A stretch of 60,202 nucleotides of DNA, counting the filler, from Dehalococcoidia bacterium (lineage in GTDB: Bacteria > Chloroflexota > Dehalococcoidia > DSTF01 > RBG-16-68-14): assembly GCA_040882355.1 (NCBI GenBank). It is 4 parts of 4 records of this genome, joined end to end, with 100 filler letters (N's around TTAATTAATTAA, not from the genome) between each part and the next. Parts side by side here need not be neighbours in the genome. Positions count along the whole stretch, not along the records: positions 32,980 to 46,570 come from JBBEBM010000063.1; 3 more parts are not named here. The stretch is one strand, 5' to 3'. Position numbers and translations under genes: made by a program. This document shows, piece by piece, positions 38,162 to 46,670 of the stretch. Position 1 is the stretch's first letter. Each line of letters begins with the position of its first letter. Under the pieces are notes generated by a model, which searched no databases, was not told the DNA's origin, and saw only the letters and a list, made by a program, of their open reading frames with translations.

Positions 38162-38280
38162 ACAAACGAAAGAACGTCGCCTGGCAGAAGCATCGCGCAA
38201 AGCGCAAGAAGCTGCGGCTCAGGCGCAAGCAGGCAGCCGGCGGCGGGTCGCAGCCGGCTGCGGCGCGCGCCTCCTCTTAG
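38158..38280 (+). CDS. Small basic protein (40 aa), below ORF-track cutoff
   Basis: ATGA overlap with upstream stop, GGAG RBS; MNKRKNVAWQKHRAKRKKLRLRRKQAAGGGSQPAAARASS. Confidence 0.7.
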   Translation: MNKRKNVAWQKHRAKRKKLRLRRKQAAGGGSQPAAARASS

Positions 38281-38296
38281 GCCCAGCGAGGGACCC

Positions 38297-39730
38297 ATGT
38301 CCGAGCTGAGTGCCAGGCTATCGCGGGCGCTCGCGCCCCGTACCGTCTGCGTGGTCGGCGACAAGCGCGCAAACGGCTACCTCTGGCTGCGCAACATGAG
38401 CACCTTCCAGGGGAAGCTCTCCTCCGTCCAGGTCGACCCGAACGAGATTCCCGGCATCGAAGAGTTGGGCGTGCCCAACTACCCCTCGCTCGCCGATGTG
38501 CCGGGCGATATCGACTACGTGATGTGCGCGGTGCCGCGCGCGATCGCGCCGCGGATCGTCGCCGACTGCGCGTCGCGCGGCGTCGGCGGCGTCGCGCTCT
38601 TCACGTCCGGCTTCGCCGAGACCGGCGAGGACGAAGGCGCCCGCCTCCAGGCCGAGATCGGGCGCGTCGCCCGAGATGCCGGCATGCCGCTCATCGGCCC
38701 GAACTGCATGGGCCTCTACCACGCCAGGCTCGGCGTACGCCAGTCCGGCGAACAGCCGGGGGGCGAGGCCGGCCCCGTCGGCTTCATCTCGCAGTCGGGC
38801 ACGCACGCGATCAACTTCAGCCTGGTCGGCGCCGCGAACGGCGTGCGCATCAGCACGTCCGTCAGCATCGGCAACGCCGAAGTGCTCGACGTGCCGGATT
38901 ATGTCGACTACCTTACCACGGATCCTGACACGAAAGTGATCGCGATGTACGTTGAAGGCGTCAAGGACGGTCGCCGCTTCCTCGCATCGCTCCGTCGCGC
39001 CTGCGAGGCGAAGCCGGTCGTGGTCTGGAAGGGCGGCGTCACGGAGGCCGGCGCGCGCGCGACCGCCTCGCACACCGGATCGCTCGCAACGTCGACCGCG
39101 GTCTGGGACGCGGCCGTCCGCCAGGCCGGCGCCCTCGTCGCCGACACCATCGACGACACGGTTGACGTGCTCAAAGCGCTGCTCTTCTGCAAGCCGGCCA
39201 CGAACGGCCGCATGGGGCTGATGGCGATGACCGGCGGCCAATCGGTCGTCATCACCGACGCATTCGCACGCGCCGGGCTGGAGGTGCCGACGCTTACGCC
39301 TGCCAGCTACGAGAAGCTGGCAGGGTTCTTCAACATCATCGGCGGCAGCTACCGCAACCCGCTCGACATGGGCGGCACGATCGGCTTCGGCGGCCAGTCC
39401 GAGCAGCTCCAGCGCCTCTTCGACATCCTCGACGAAGACGAGCACGTCGACGCGATCGCGATGGAGCTGGCCTCCGGCTTCATGGCGCGCCGCTGGCAGG
39501 CCGACCCGGCCAGCCTCGACAGCTTGCTCGACCTGCTCGTCGCGCACCAGCAACGTTCGGCAAAGCCCTTCCTCACGATCCTCCACCCCGGCCACGTCGA
39601 AGAGATCACCGCGAAGGCGCGCGCCCGCGTGACGGAACGCGGCCTGCCCGTCTTCCCGTCATTCGAGCGCGCCGCCGTCGCCCTCCGCCGCGCCGTCGAC
39701 TACTGGCGTTCACGCGAAGAGAGCGAGTAG
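38297..39730 (+). CDS. ADP-forming acyl-CoA synthetase, CoA-binding (alpha) subunit
   Basis: GPNCMG, SQSG, SHTGSL phospho-His, NPLD. Confidence 0.92.
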   Translation: MSELSARLSRALAPRTVCVVGDKRANGYLWLRNMSTFQGKLSSVQVDPNEIPGIEELGVPNYPSLADVPGDIDYVMCAVPRAIAPRIVADCASRGVGGVALFTSGFAETGEDEGARLQAEIGRVARDAGMPLIGPNCMGLYHARLGVRQSGEQPGGEAGPVGFISQSGTHAINFSLVGAANGVRISTSVSIGNAEVLDVPDYVDYLTTDPDTKVIAMYVEGVKDGRRFLASLRRACEAKPVVVWKGGVTEAGARATASHTGSLATSTAVWDAAVRQAGALVADTIDDTVDVLKALLFCKPATNGRMGLMAMTGGQSVVITDAFARAGLEVPTLTPASYEKLAGFFNIIGGSYRNPLDMGGTIGFGGQSEQLQRLFDILDEDEHVDAIAMELASGFMARRWQADPASLDSLLDLLVAHQQRSAKPFLTILHPGHVEEITAKARARVTERGLPVFPSFERAAVALRRAVDYWRSREESE

Positions 39731-39897
39731 CTCCGGGCCCGGGTTCGCCTGATGGCGTCCGAGGGTTGGAAACTCTCAGCTCCCAGCGTGGGCGCGCTTC
39801 TTGGTCCGCATTCCTAGGGCGCCTCTTCTCCAGGAAGCTGCGGGATTCATCCCGTAGACAGATCACGAATCTCTTCAAAAGTTTCCGCCCTGCCCCC

Positions 39898-39926
39898 TTG
39901 ACAAGGCTTATGGACAGGTTTATTGT
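39898..39926 (+). promoter_or_regulatory. Sigma70-type promoter of ArsR-SRPBCC operon
   Basis: TTGACA-N17-TATTGT with GACA/TGTC half-sites nearby. Confidence 0.6.
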
Positions 39927-39946
39927 TCTAGGCAAGAGAAGTTGTC

Positions 39947-40570
39947 ATGCCGACACTGAACCGCCGCCCAGAGCAAACACCAGTACGGACGCTGGACGAC
40001 CTCGACACCCTCCAGGTGCTCGGGCACCCGCTCCGGGCCCAGATCCTGGAAGCCCTCCGTGAGCCGGGATCCGCGGCGACGGTGGCCCGCCGCGTCGGCC
40101 AGCCGCGCCAGAAGGTGAACTACCACCTCAAGGAGCTCGAACGCGCGGGCCTGGTCCAGCAGACCGGCGAGCGGCGCGCGGGCAACTTCATCGAAACGCT
40201 CTACCAGTCGGTGGCGCGCAACTTCATCGTCTCACCGGAGGTCGCCTGGTCGGACCCGAAGCGCATGCAAGCCCTCCGCGACCAGCACTCGCTCGGCGCG
40301 CTCGTCCTCCTTGGCGAACGGCTTCAGCGCGATGCCGTCTCCCTACTCGACCGGGCCGCGTTCGCCGGCGAGGAGATCGCGAGCGCATCGGTCACCGCAG
40401 AGGCGAACTTTGCGAGCGAGGAAGATCGAGCCGCGTTCCTTGAGGAGTACCTGCAGTCGACGGCAAGACTGCTCGAACGGTACGGGACGAAGACGGGTAC
40501 GCCGTACCGGGTGGTGCTGGCGGCGTACCCGCACAGCGATGGAGGTAACGATGGAGATCACCATGACTGA
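39947..40570 (+). CDS. ArsR-type winged HTH transcriptional regulator
   Basis: HPLRAQIL, RQKVNYHLKELERAGLV. Confidence 0.9.
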   Translation: MPTLNRRPEQTPVRTLDDLDTLQVLGHPLRAQILEALREPGSAATVARRVGQPRQKVNYHLKELERAGLVQQTGERRAGNFIETLYQSVARNFIVSPEVAWSDPKRMQALRDQHSLGALVLLGERLQRDAVSLLDRAAFAGEEIASASVTAEANFASEEDRAAFLEEYLQSTARLLERYGTKTGTPYRVVLAAYPHSDGGNDGDHHD

Positions 40571-41318
40571 GAAGGGCGACGCTGCGACCGGCACGTACGA
40601 ACGGACCTTCGTGCTCTCCGTACCGGCCGGGCGCGCCTGGCAGCTCTTCACGGACCCGCGCGAGCGCGAGAACTGGATGGTGCCGCCCGGACGCGATCCG
40701 ATGGAGCACCCCGATCAGCCAATGATCGAAGGGTTCCAGCAGGAGGAATACACGGTCGGCGAGGTCGACGAGCACAAGCGCCTCTGTTGGTCGCAGACGG
40801 CCGACCTCGAGGGCGACGTCCGCTGGGTGGACACGACCGTTGTCTTCGAAGCGACGGACTCCGGCACGAAGATCACGATCACCCGCAGCGGCTTCGGCGA
40901 TAGCGCCGCGTGGCAGCTCTTCGCGCAGTCGACGGGCCTCGGCTGGGAGGAGTCGATCGCCGACCTGATCGCCTACGTCGAAACCGGCGTGCCAGCTGGC
41001 CGCCACTACTCGTCGCAGATGAGGGTGCCCAAGGGCAGCCTGGGCGCCCAGATGCGCGACACCGGCGCCGGTGTGCGCATCGCGTACGTTGTCCCGGGCG
41101 GCTTCGCCGAAGCGGCCGGCATGCAGGAGGGCGACCTCATCCTACGCCTCGGCGACGCCTCGGTCTTCCGCCGGTCGGACGTCTGGTGCCTGGAGCGGGT
41201 GCTGAAGCCCGGCTACGAGCTGGACGCCGAGTACGTCCGCGGCGGCAAACTGCTGAGCGGCAAGGCGCCGCTCTCCGATACCCATTACACGGAACTGAGC
41301 GGACGAGGCGGCGCCTGA
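40563..41318 (+). CDS. SRPBCC (AHSA1) + PDZ domain protein
   Basis: AWQLFTDP, GTKITITRSGF, GWEE; VVPGGFAEAAGMQEGDLIL PDZ. Confidence 0.82.
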   Translation: MTEKGDAATGTYERTFVLSVPAGRAWQLFTDPRERENWMVPPGRDPMEHPDQPMIEGFQQEEYTVGEVDEHKRLCWSQTADLEGDVRWVDTTVVFEATDSGTKITITRSGFGDSAAWQLFAQSTGLGWEESIADLIAYVETGVPAGRHYSSQMRVPKGSLGAQMRDTGAGVRIAYVVPGGFAEAAGMQEGDLILRLGDASVFRRSDVWCLERVLKPGYELDAEYVRGGKLLSGKAPLSDTHYTELSGRGGA

Positions 41319-41350
41319 ACGTCACACCAAAGCAGCGAGAGGAGCGCGAC

Positions 41351-42103
41351 ATGAACGCAAAGATCGAGATTACGGCCCACGAAACTGAAGAGGACAACGG
41401 CACGGGCAAGAAGCTGGAGCGCACGTTCGTCGTTGCCGTGCCCGTCGAACGCGCCTGGAGAGCGATGACCCATCCCAAGGAGCTCGCCAAGTGGTCCTTT
41501 CCCCGTCAGGTTGCTGAAGACGGCTCGACGGAGACGGAGATCCTCGGCGAGACGCGCACGTCCGAAGTCCTCGAGTTCGAGCCCGGCCGCATGTTCCGCA
41601 CCCGGACAGAGCTCACGGGTAGCGAGGGGTGGGGCATCATACCCGGCGCGCGGGAGATGACCGTCGTCTTCGAGGCGACCGATACAGGGACGAGGATCAC
41701 GATTACTCATTCGGGCTTCGGCGAACGCGCAGACCTGTCGGGCGTAAGCCGCGGCGTCGACGAGACGATCGCCGACCTCATCCTCTACCTCGAGACGGGC
41801 GTCGCCTTCCCTCGACACCACCACGGCGAGCGGAGCTGGATCGGCTTCTCCGGCGGCGAGGTGCGCGCCGGCCTCGAAGTCCGGTCGGTCCAGCCGGGCA
41901 CGTTCGCCCAGCGCCTAGGGCTGAAGGCCGGAGACCTCCTCGTTGAGCTGGGCGGCGCTTCGGTCTTCGGTTTCGCGGAGGTGCAGTTCTTCACGAAGGA
42001 GCACGGGCCCGGCGAGCACGCCGAGGCTGCCTGGGTTCGCGACGGCCAGCTCATGCGCGGGTCAGCCGAGCTGGGCCCACGTATCGCGGTGGTTCGGACG
42101 TAG
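41351..42103 (+). CDS. SRPBCC + PDZ domain protein (paralog)
   Basis: AWRAMTHP, GTRITITHSGF; VQPGTFAQRLGLKAGDLLV. Confidence 0.82.
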   Translation: MNAKIEITAHETEEDNGTGKKLERTFVVAVPVERAWRAMTHPKELAKWSFPRQVAEDGSTETEILGETRTSEVLEFEPGRMFRTRTELTGSEGWGIIPGAREMTVVFEATDTGTRITITHSGFGERADLSGVSRGVDETIADLILYLETGVAFPRHHHGERSWIGFSGGEVRAGLEVRSVQPGTFAQRLGLKAGDLLVELGGASVFGFAEVQFFTKEHGPGEHAEAAWVRDGQLMRGSAELGPRIAVVRT

Positions 42104-42210
42104 CGACCCGAACCCGCCTGAGCTCAGCGCTGTCGATCTGGCCCTGGGCGGCTCGTCGCTATAGTGGACGCGCTGAGGGACAGCCGCACGAATAGCGAAG
42201 GAGAATCCCC

Positions 42211-42618
42211 ATGCTCTACATGCTCATGATCTGCTACGACCCCAGCGTTCCAGCCGACCCGGCAGAACAGAACCTCCAGCCGGAGCACGCAAAGCTTGAG
42301 AATGAGCTGCGCGAGCGCGGCACGTTTGTCTCGGGCGCGGGCCTCTGGCCGGCTGAGACGGCGAAGACCGTCCGGCTGCAGGATGCCAAGCCCGTCACGA
42401 TGGACGGTCCGTTCGCCGAGACGAAGGAGGCGGTCGGCGGCTACTACATCGTCGACTGCGACGAAGGCGAGGCTATCGCCATCGCCGCGCGTCTCCCGGT
42501 GGAGTCGCGCGCGCGGGTGCAGGTGCGGGCGATCGCGCCCTTCCACCCCAACATCGAGCGCCTTCGGGACGTCGACGGCTATGTCGATCCGCGGTTGCTC
42601 CGTTCGTCGTCCCAGTAG
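42211..42618 (+). CDS. YciI/DGPF domain protein
   Basis: DGPFAETKEAVGGYY. Confidence 0.92.
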   Translation: MLYMLMICYDPSVPADPAEQNLQPEHAKLENELRERGTFVSGAGLWPAETAKTVRLQDAKPVTMDGPFAETKEAVGGYYIVDCDEGEAIAIAARLPVESRARVQVRAIAPFHPNIERLRDVDGYVDPRLLRSSSQ

Positions 42619-42662
42619 GCGCGGCAATAGGCGCTGCGTGAGGTGGTCGAAGGAGGCACACC

Positions 42663-43055
42663 ATGCTCTACATGTTTCTGCTCTACTGGAACGAGTCGGA
42701 CCCGCCGGCCGCATCCGAGGACGTGATCGCGGAGCACTTCGCCTTCGCGCAGGTCGCCCGCGAACGCGGTGCATACGTTTCGTCGGAATCGGTCGGCGGC
42801 GGCTCCAACGCGACGACCGTCCGCGTGCGCGACGGCAAGACACTGGTGACGGACGGGCCATTCGTCGAGACCAAGGAGGCGATGGGCGGCTTCTACATCC
42901 TGGACTGCAAGGACCTGGACGAGGCGCTGGAGTACGCCGCCAAGATCCCGGACGCGAAGTACTCCGGCGTCGAGGTGCGTCCCGTCATGCACGTGCCTGA
43001 CTGGCCGTACGACGAAAGCCCCTCGCGAACCCGGCAAAGCATGGGCGGAGCCTAA
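42663..43055 (+). CDS. YciI/DGPF domain protein
   Basis: DGPFVETKEAMGGFY, VEVRP. Confidence 0.92.
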   Translation: MLYMFLLYWNESDPPAASEDVIAEHFAFAQVARERGAYVSSESVGGGSNATTVRVRDGKTLVTDGPFVETKEAMGGFYILDCKDLDEALEYAAKIPDAKYSGVEVRPVMHVPDWPYDESPSRTRQSMGGA

Positions 43056-43100
43056 CCGAAGCGTATGGAGACCCTCCCAGCACGCGCGGGAGAATGCGAC

Positions 43101-43325
43101 ATGATCAGCTTCACGGATCACGAACTGCTAGCTCGCGCGAGCATCGACGAGCGCCATCGCGAGGCCGAGCGTAACCGGATGCGCCACGAGGTCGCGAAAC
43201 GCCAGCCCAGTGTCCGCGCCGCGACGGCCCGTCGTCTCACCGGCATTGCTTTGCTGATCGACCAGGAGGCGACGTACCGCTGGGCTGCGGCGTACACCCT
43301 GCCCGGCGAAAGCGCCCCAAGCTAA
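43101..43325 (+). CDS. Small hypothetical protein
   Basis: ORF in operon context; start 43065 or 43101. Confidence 0.5.
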   Translation: MISFTDHELLARASIDERHREAERNRMRHEVAKRQPSVRAATARRLTGIALLIDQEATYRWAAAYTLPGESAPS

Positions 43326-43335
43326 GGAGCGCCAC

Positions 43336-43830
43336 ATGCAGACACAGACGTATGCGCCCGTCAACGTCGGCGCCCACTGGGCCCGCCTCAACGACCACCT
43401 CATTGAGCTGATCGATTGCATCCCGGACGACAAGCTCGACTGGAGCCCGACGCCGGAGCAGTGGAACTTCCGGGGTATCCTGCTCCACATCGTCGGAGCG
43501 CGCCATCACTGGCTCGAGAACGCCGTCCGCGACGGGGAAGCGACGCCGGATATGTTCGCCGGCGGCAAGACAGTGGACGGCCTGAAGGAACAGCTCCGCC
43601 TCTCCTGGGAGCGGCTGGCGCGCTTCCTCTCGGACCCGGCGAAGCTTGCCGCTACGTATGAACCGGCGCCGTTCGACCCGCGCTACGCCGACGAGCCCGA
43701 CGTGTTCGACGGACGCTACATCGCCTACCACCGTCTCGTGCACGACGCGCACCACCGGGCCGATCTGATGCATCACCTCGCGCTGCTGGGCGTCCGCCCG
43801 CCGGAGGAGCGCCGCCGCCGGCCGCTGTGA
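43336..43830 (+). CDS. DinB family protein
   Basis: ILLHI...HDAHHRAD His triad. Confidence 0.85.
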   Translation: MQTQTYAPVNVGAHWARLNDHLIELIDCIPDDKLDWSPTPEQWNFRGILLHIVGARHHWLENAVRDGEATPDMFAGGKTVDGLKEQLRLSWERLARFLSDPAKLAATYEPAPFDPRYADEPDVFDGRYIAYHRLVHDAHHRADLMHHLALLGVRPPEERRRRPL

Positions 43831-43886
43831 GGCACCCGCTATACTGGTGCGCGCTGAGACAGCGGCCCGGAACATCGAGCGAACGC

Positions 43887-43914
43887 TTGACGCTAAGAAC
43901 CGTCACTATATAAT
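43887..43914 (+). promoter_or_regulatory. Promoter of ECF sigma gene
   Basis: TTGACG-N16-TATAAT 11 nt before ATG. Confidence 0.6.
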
Positions 43915-43925
43915 CTATAGTCACT

Positions 43926-45224
43926 ATGGTGCGAAGTATCACGGCCGCCACAGGCAAGTCATCCGCGGATTCCACGGAGCGCACCGTCGAACGCATCTTT
44001 CGCGAGGAGTCGGGGCGCATCCTTGCGTCGCTCATCGGCTTCTGCCGCGATTTCGACCTCGCCGAAGAAGCAATGCAGGACGCGTTCGCCGTTGCCCTGG
44101 AGCGCTGGCCCCGCGACGGCGAGCCGGCCAATCCGGGCGCCTGGATCACCACGACGGCGCGCCGCAAGCTCATCGACCGGCTTCGCCGCGACGGGAAGCT
44201 CGCCGAGAAGCGCGCCCAGATCGAGGCCGACGCCGCCCTCGCAACGAGCGAATCGGAAGCTGACGAGATGACCGAACTACAGGACGACCGCCTCCGGCTG
44301 ATCTTCACCTGCTGTCACCCTGCGCTCGCGCCCGATGCGCAGGTCGCACTCACGCTTCGCGCGCTCGGCGGCCTGACGACGCCGGAGATCGCGCGCGCGT
44401 TCCTCGTGCCCGAGGCGACGATGGCGCAGAGGCTCGTGCGCGTGAAGCGCAAGATCCGCGAGACGTCGATCCCCTACCGCGTGCCGCCGGCGCACCTGCT
44501 GCCGGAACGCCTCGACACCGTGCTCGCGGTGCTCTACCTGATCTTCAACGAAGGTTACAGCGCCAGCGCCGGCGACGCGCTGATCCGGCGGGAGCTCTGC
44601 ACCGAAGCGATCCGCCTCTCGCGCGTGCTTTGCGAGCTGATGCCGGACGAGCCGGAGGCGCTCGGCTTGCTCGCGCTGATGCTCCTCCACGATTCGCGCC
44701 GCGACGCGCGCGCAGGCCCGCATGGCGAGCTGGTCGTGCTCGAAGCGCAGCACCGCTCGCTGTGGCACGCCGCCCAGATCGAAGAGGGGTCGGCGCTGGT
44801 CGAACGAGCGCTGCGCATGCGCCGCGCGGGCCCGTACCAGCTCCAGGCCGCGATCGCCGCCCTGCACTGCCAGGCCCCGCGGGCCGGAGACACCGACTGG
44901 CCGCAGATCGCCGTGCTCTACGAGGAGCTGCTGCACGTGCAGCCGACGCCGGTCGTCGCGCTCAACCACGCCGTCGCCGTGGCGATGGCCCGGTCGCCGG
45001 ACGCCGGTCTGAACCTCCTGAACGACGCCGGGCTCAGCGCCGCGCTCGACGGCTATCATCTCTACCACGCCGCCCGCGCGGACCTGCATCGTCGCGCCGG
45101 GCGGAAGGCGGACGCCGCCACCGCCTATCGCCGCGCGCTCGCCCTCACGACGAACACAGTCGAGCGCCAGTACCTCGAACGCAGGCTAAGCGAAGTAGCG
45201 ACCGGAACGATCGAGAGAAGCTAG
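43926..45224 (+). CDS. ECF sigma factor with C-terminal TPR extension (ECF42-type)
   Basis: [42 protein letters not shown]; adjacent DGPF genes. Confidence 0.93.
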   Translation: MVRSITAATGKSSADSTERTVERIFREESGRILASLIGFCRDFDLAEEAMQDAFAVALERWPRDGEPANPGAWITTTARRKLIDRLRRDGKLAEKRAQIEADAALATSESEADEMTELQDDRLRLIFTCCHPALAPDAQVALTLRALGGLTTPEIARAFLVPEATMAQRLVRVKRKIRETSIPYRVPPAHLLPERLDTVLAVLYLIFNEGYSASAGDALIRRELCTEAIRLSRVLCELMPDEPEALGLLALMLLHDSRRDARAGPHGELVVLEAQHRSLWHAAQIEEGSALVERALRMRRAGPYQLQAAIAALHCQAPRAGDTDWPQIAVLYEELLHVQPTPVVALNHAVAVAMARSPDAGLNLLNDAGLSAALDGYHLYHAARADLHRRAGRKADAATAYRRALALTTNTVERQYLERRLSEVATGTIERS

Positions 45225-45241
45225 TCAGGAAGGGAGTCGTC

Positions 45242-46417
45242 ATGGCACAAGTAAGAGTCGTCGTCGGCACGAAGAAGGGCGCGTTCATCTACGCCTCGGA
45301 TGAGCAGCGGCAGCACTGGGAGCAATCGGAGCCGATCCTGCCCGGCTGGACGATCTACAACGCCGCGGCTGACGTTCGTTCGGATCCGCCTCGCGTGTAC
45401 CTCGCGGCCAATCACTGGGCCTGGGGCCCTTCCGTGGCGAAGAGCACGGACTTGCAGGAGTGGGACTGGGTGAGCAAGGGGCTCGCCTTCCCGAAGGACC
45501 TGGGCATCGCCGTCCAGAACGTCTGGACTGTCCAGCCCGGTCACGAGAGCGAGCCGGGCGTCGTCTACGCGGGCACGCAGCCGGCCGGCCTCTTCCGCAG
45601 CGAAGACTGGGGCCACACGTGGTCATCGGTCGACAGCGTGAACAGCCATCCCTACCGTCGATACTGGTTCCCGAGCGGCGGCGGCGAGAGCTGCCTGCAC
45701 TCGATCATCATCGACCCACGCGACCCGCGGCACATGTACATCGCCATCAGCTCCGGTGGGACGTACCAGACGCGCGACGGCGGCGACACCTGGGAGCTTT
45801 GCTCTCGCAAGTGGGACGTCCTGGCAACGCCGGAGACGAGGCAGTTCATGGCCGATCAGGAGGAGCAGTTCAAGGAAGCCATCGGCGCGTTCACCGCGAA
45901 CCTCCCTCAACTACCCGAGAACGTTGACCCCGCGGCTGCCGACGAGATGCACAAGCTGGCCATCGACACCAAGAACCCCGACCGGCTCTGGACGCAGACA
46001 CATGTCGGCGTCTTTCGCTCCGACGACGGCTCGGCCACGTGGCAAGGCGTCACTGAGGGCTTGCCCTCGTTCCACGGCTTCCCGATCGCCGTCAGCCGGC
46101 GCGCGCCCGACTCGACCTACGTTGTGCCGCTGGAGTTCGAGCGCGACAACTTCCGCGTCTGCGGCGGCCAGTTCGCGGTGTACCGCACGCGTGACGAGGG
46201 TAAGCACTGGGAGAAGCTCACCAACGGCCTGCCCGGGCCCGGCAACTACCAGAGCGTCTACCGCGAGGGTCTCGCCACGGACGGCCTCGATCCGGAGGGC
46301 GTCTACGCCGGCACGAGCAACGGCATGGTCTACGCCAGCGCCGATGGCGGCGACCACTGGCAAGCCCTGCCCGGCATGCTGCCGCCTGTGCTCTCCGTGA
46401 CCTGCGCGGTCTGGTAG
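45242..46417 (+). CDS. BNR/Asp-box beta-propeller protein (sialidase-like fold)
   Basis: VGTKKG; repeated SxDxGxTW Asp-boxes. Confidence 0.88.
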   Translation: MAQVRVVVGTKKGAFIYASDEQRQHWEQSEPILPGWTIYNAAADVRSDPPRVYLAANHWAWGPSVAKSTDLQEWDWVSKGLAFPKDLGIAVQNVWTVQPGHESEPGVVYAGTQPAGLFRSEDWGHTWSSVDSVNSHPYRRYWFPSGGGESCLHSIIIDPRDPRHMYIAISSGGTYQTRDGGDTWELCSRKWDVLATPETRQFMADQEEQFKEAIGAFTANLPQLPENVDPAAADEMHKLAIDTKNPDRLWTQTHVGVFRSDDGSATWQGVTEGLPSFHGFPIAVSRRAPDSTYVVPLEFERDNFRVCGGQFAVYRTRDEGKHWEKLTNGLPGPGNYQSVYREGLATDGLDPEGVYAGTSNGMVYASADGGDHWQALPGMLPPVLSVTCAVW

Positions 46418-46570
46418 CCGCCAGCCCAAGTCCGCGGACGCCCTTCGACTCCTTCACACTCGCTGGTGGTGGCCCCGGCTGCATATTCAGTGTCCCGCGC
46501 ATGCGATAAGTCGCCTTCACCTCGTTGCGAATCGCCGCGCTGGCAGGGGGGAGCCCGAGGGGGCGCCCCC

Positions 46571-46670
46571 NNNNNNNNNNNNNNNNNNNNNNNNNNNNNN
46601 NNNNNNNNNNNNNNTTAATTAATTAANNNNNNNNNNNNNNNNNNNNNNNNNNNNNNNNNNNNNNNNNNNN
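46571..46670. other. Artificial contig linker
   Basis: N run with TTAATTAATTAA. Confidence 0.98.
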
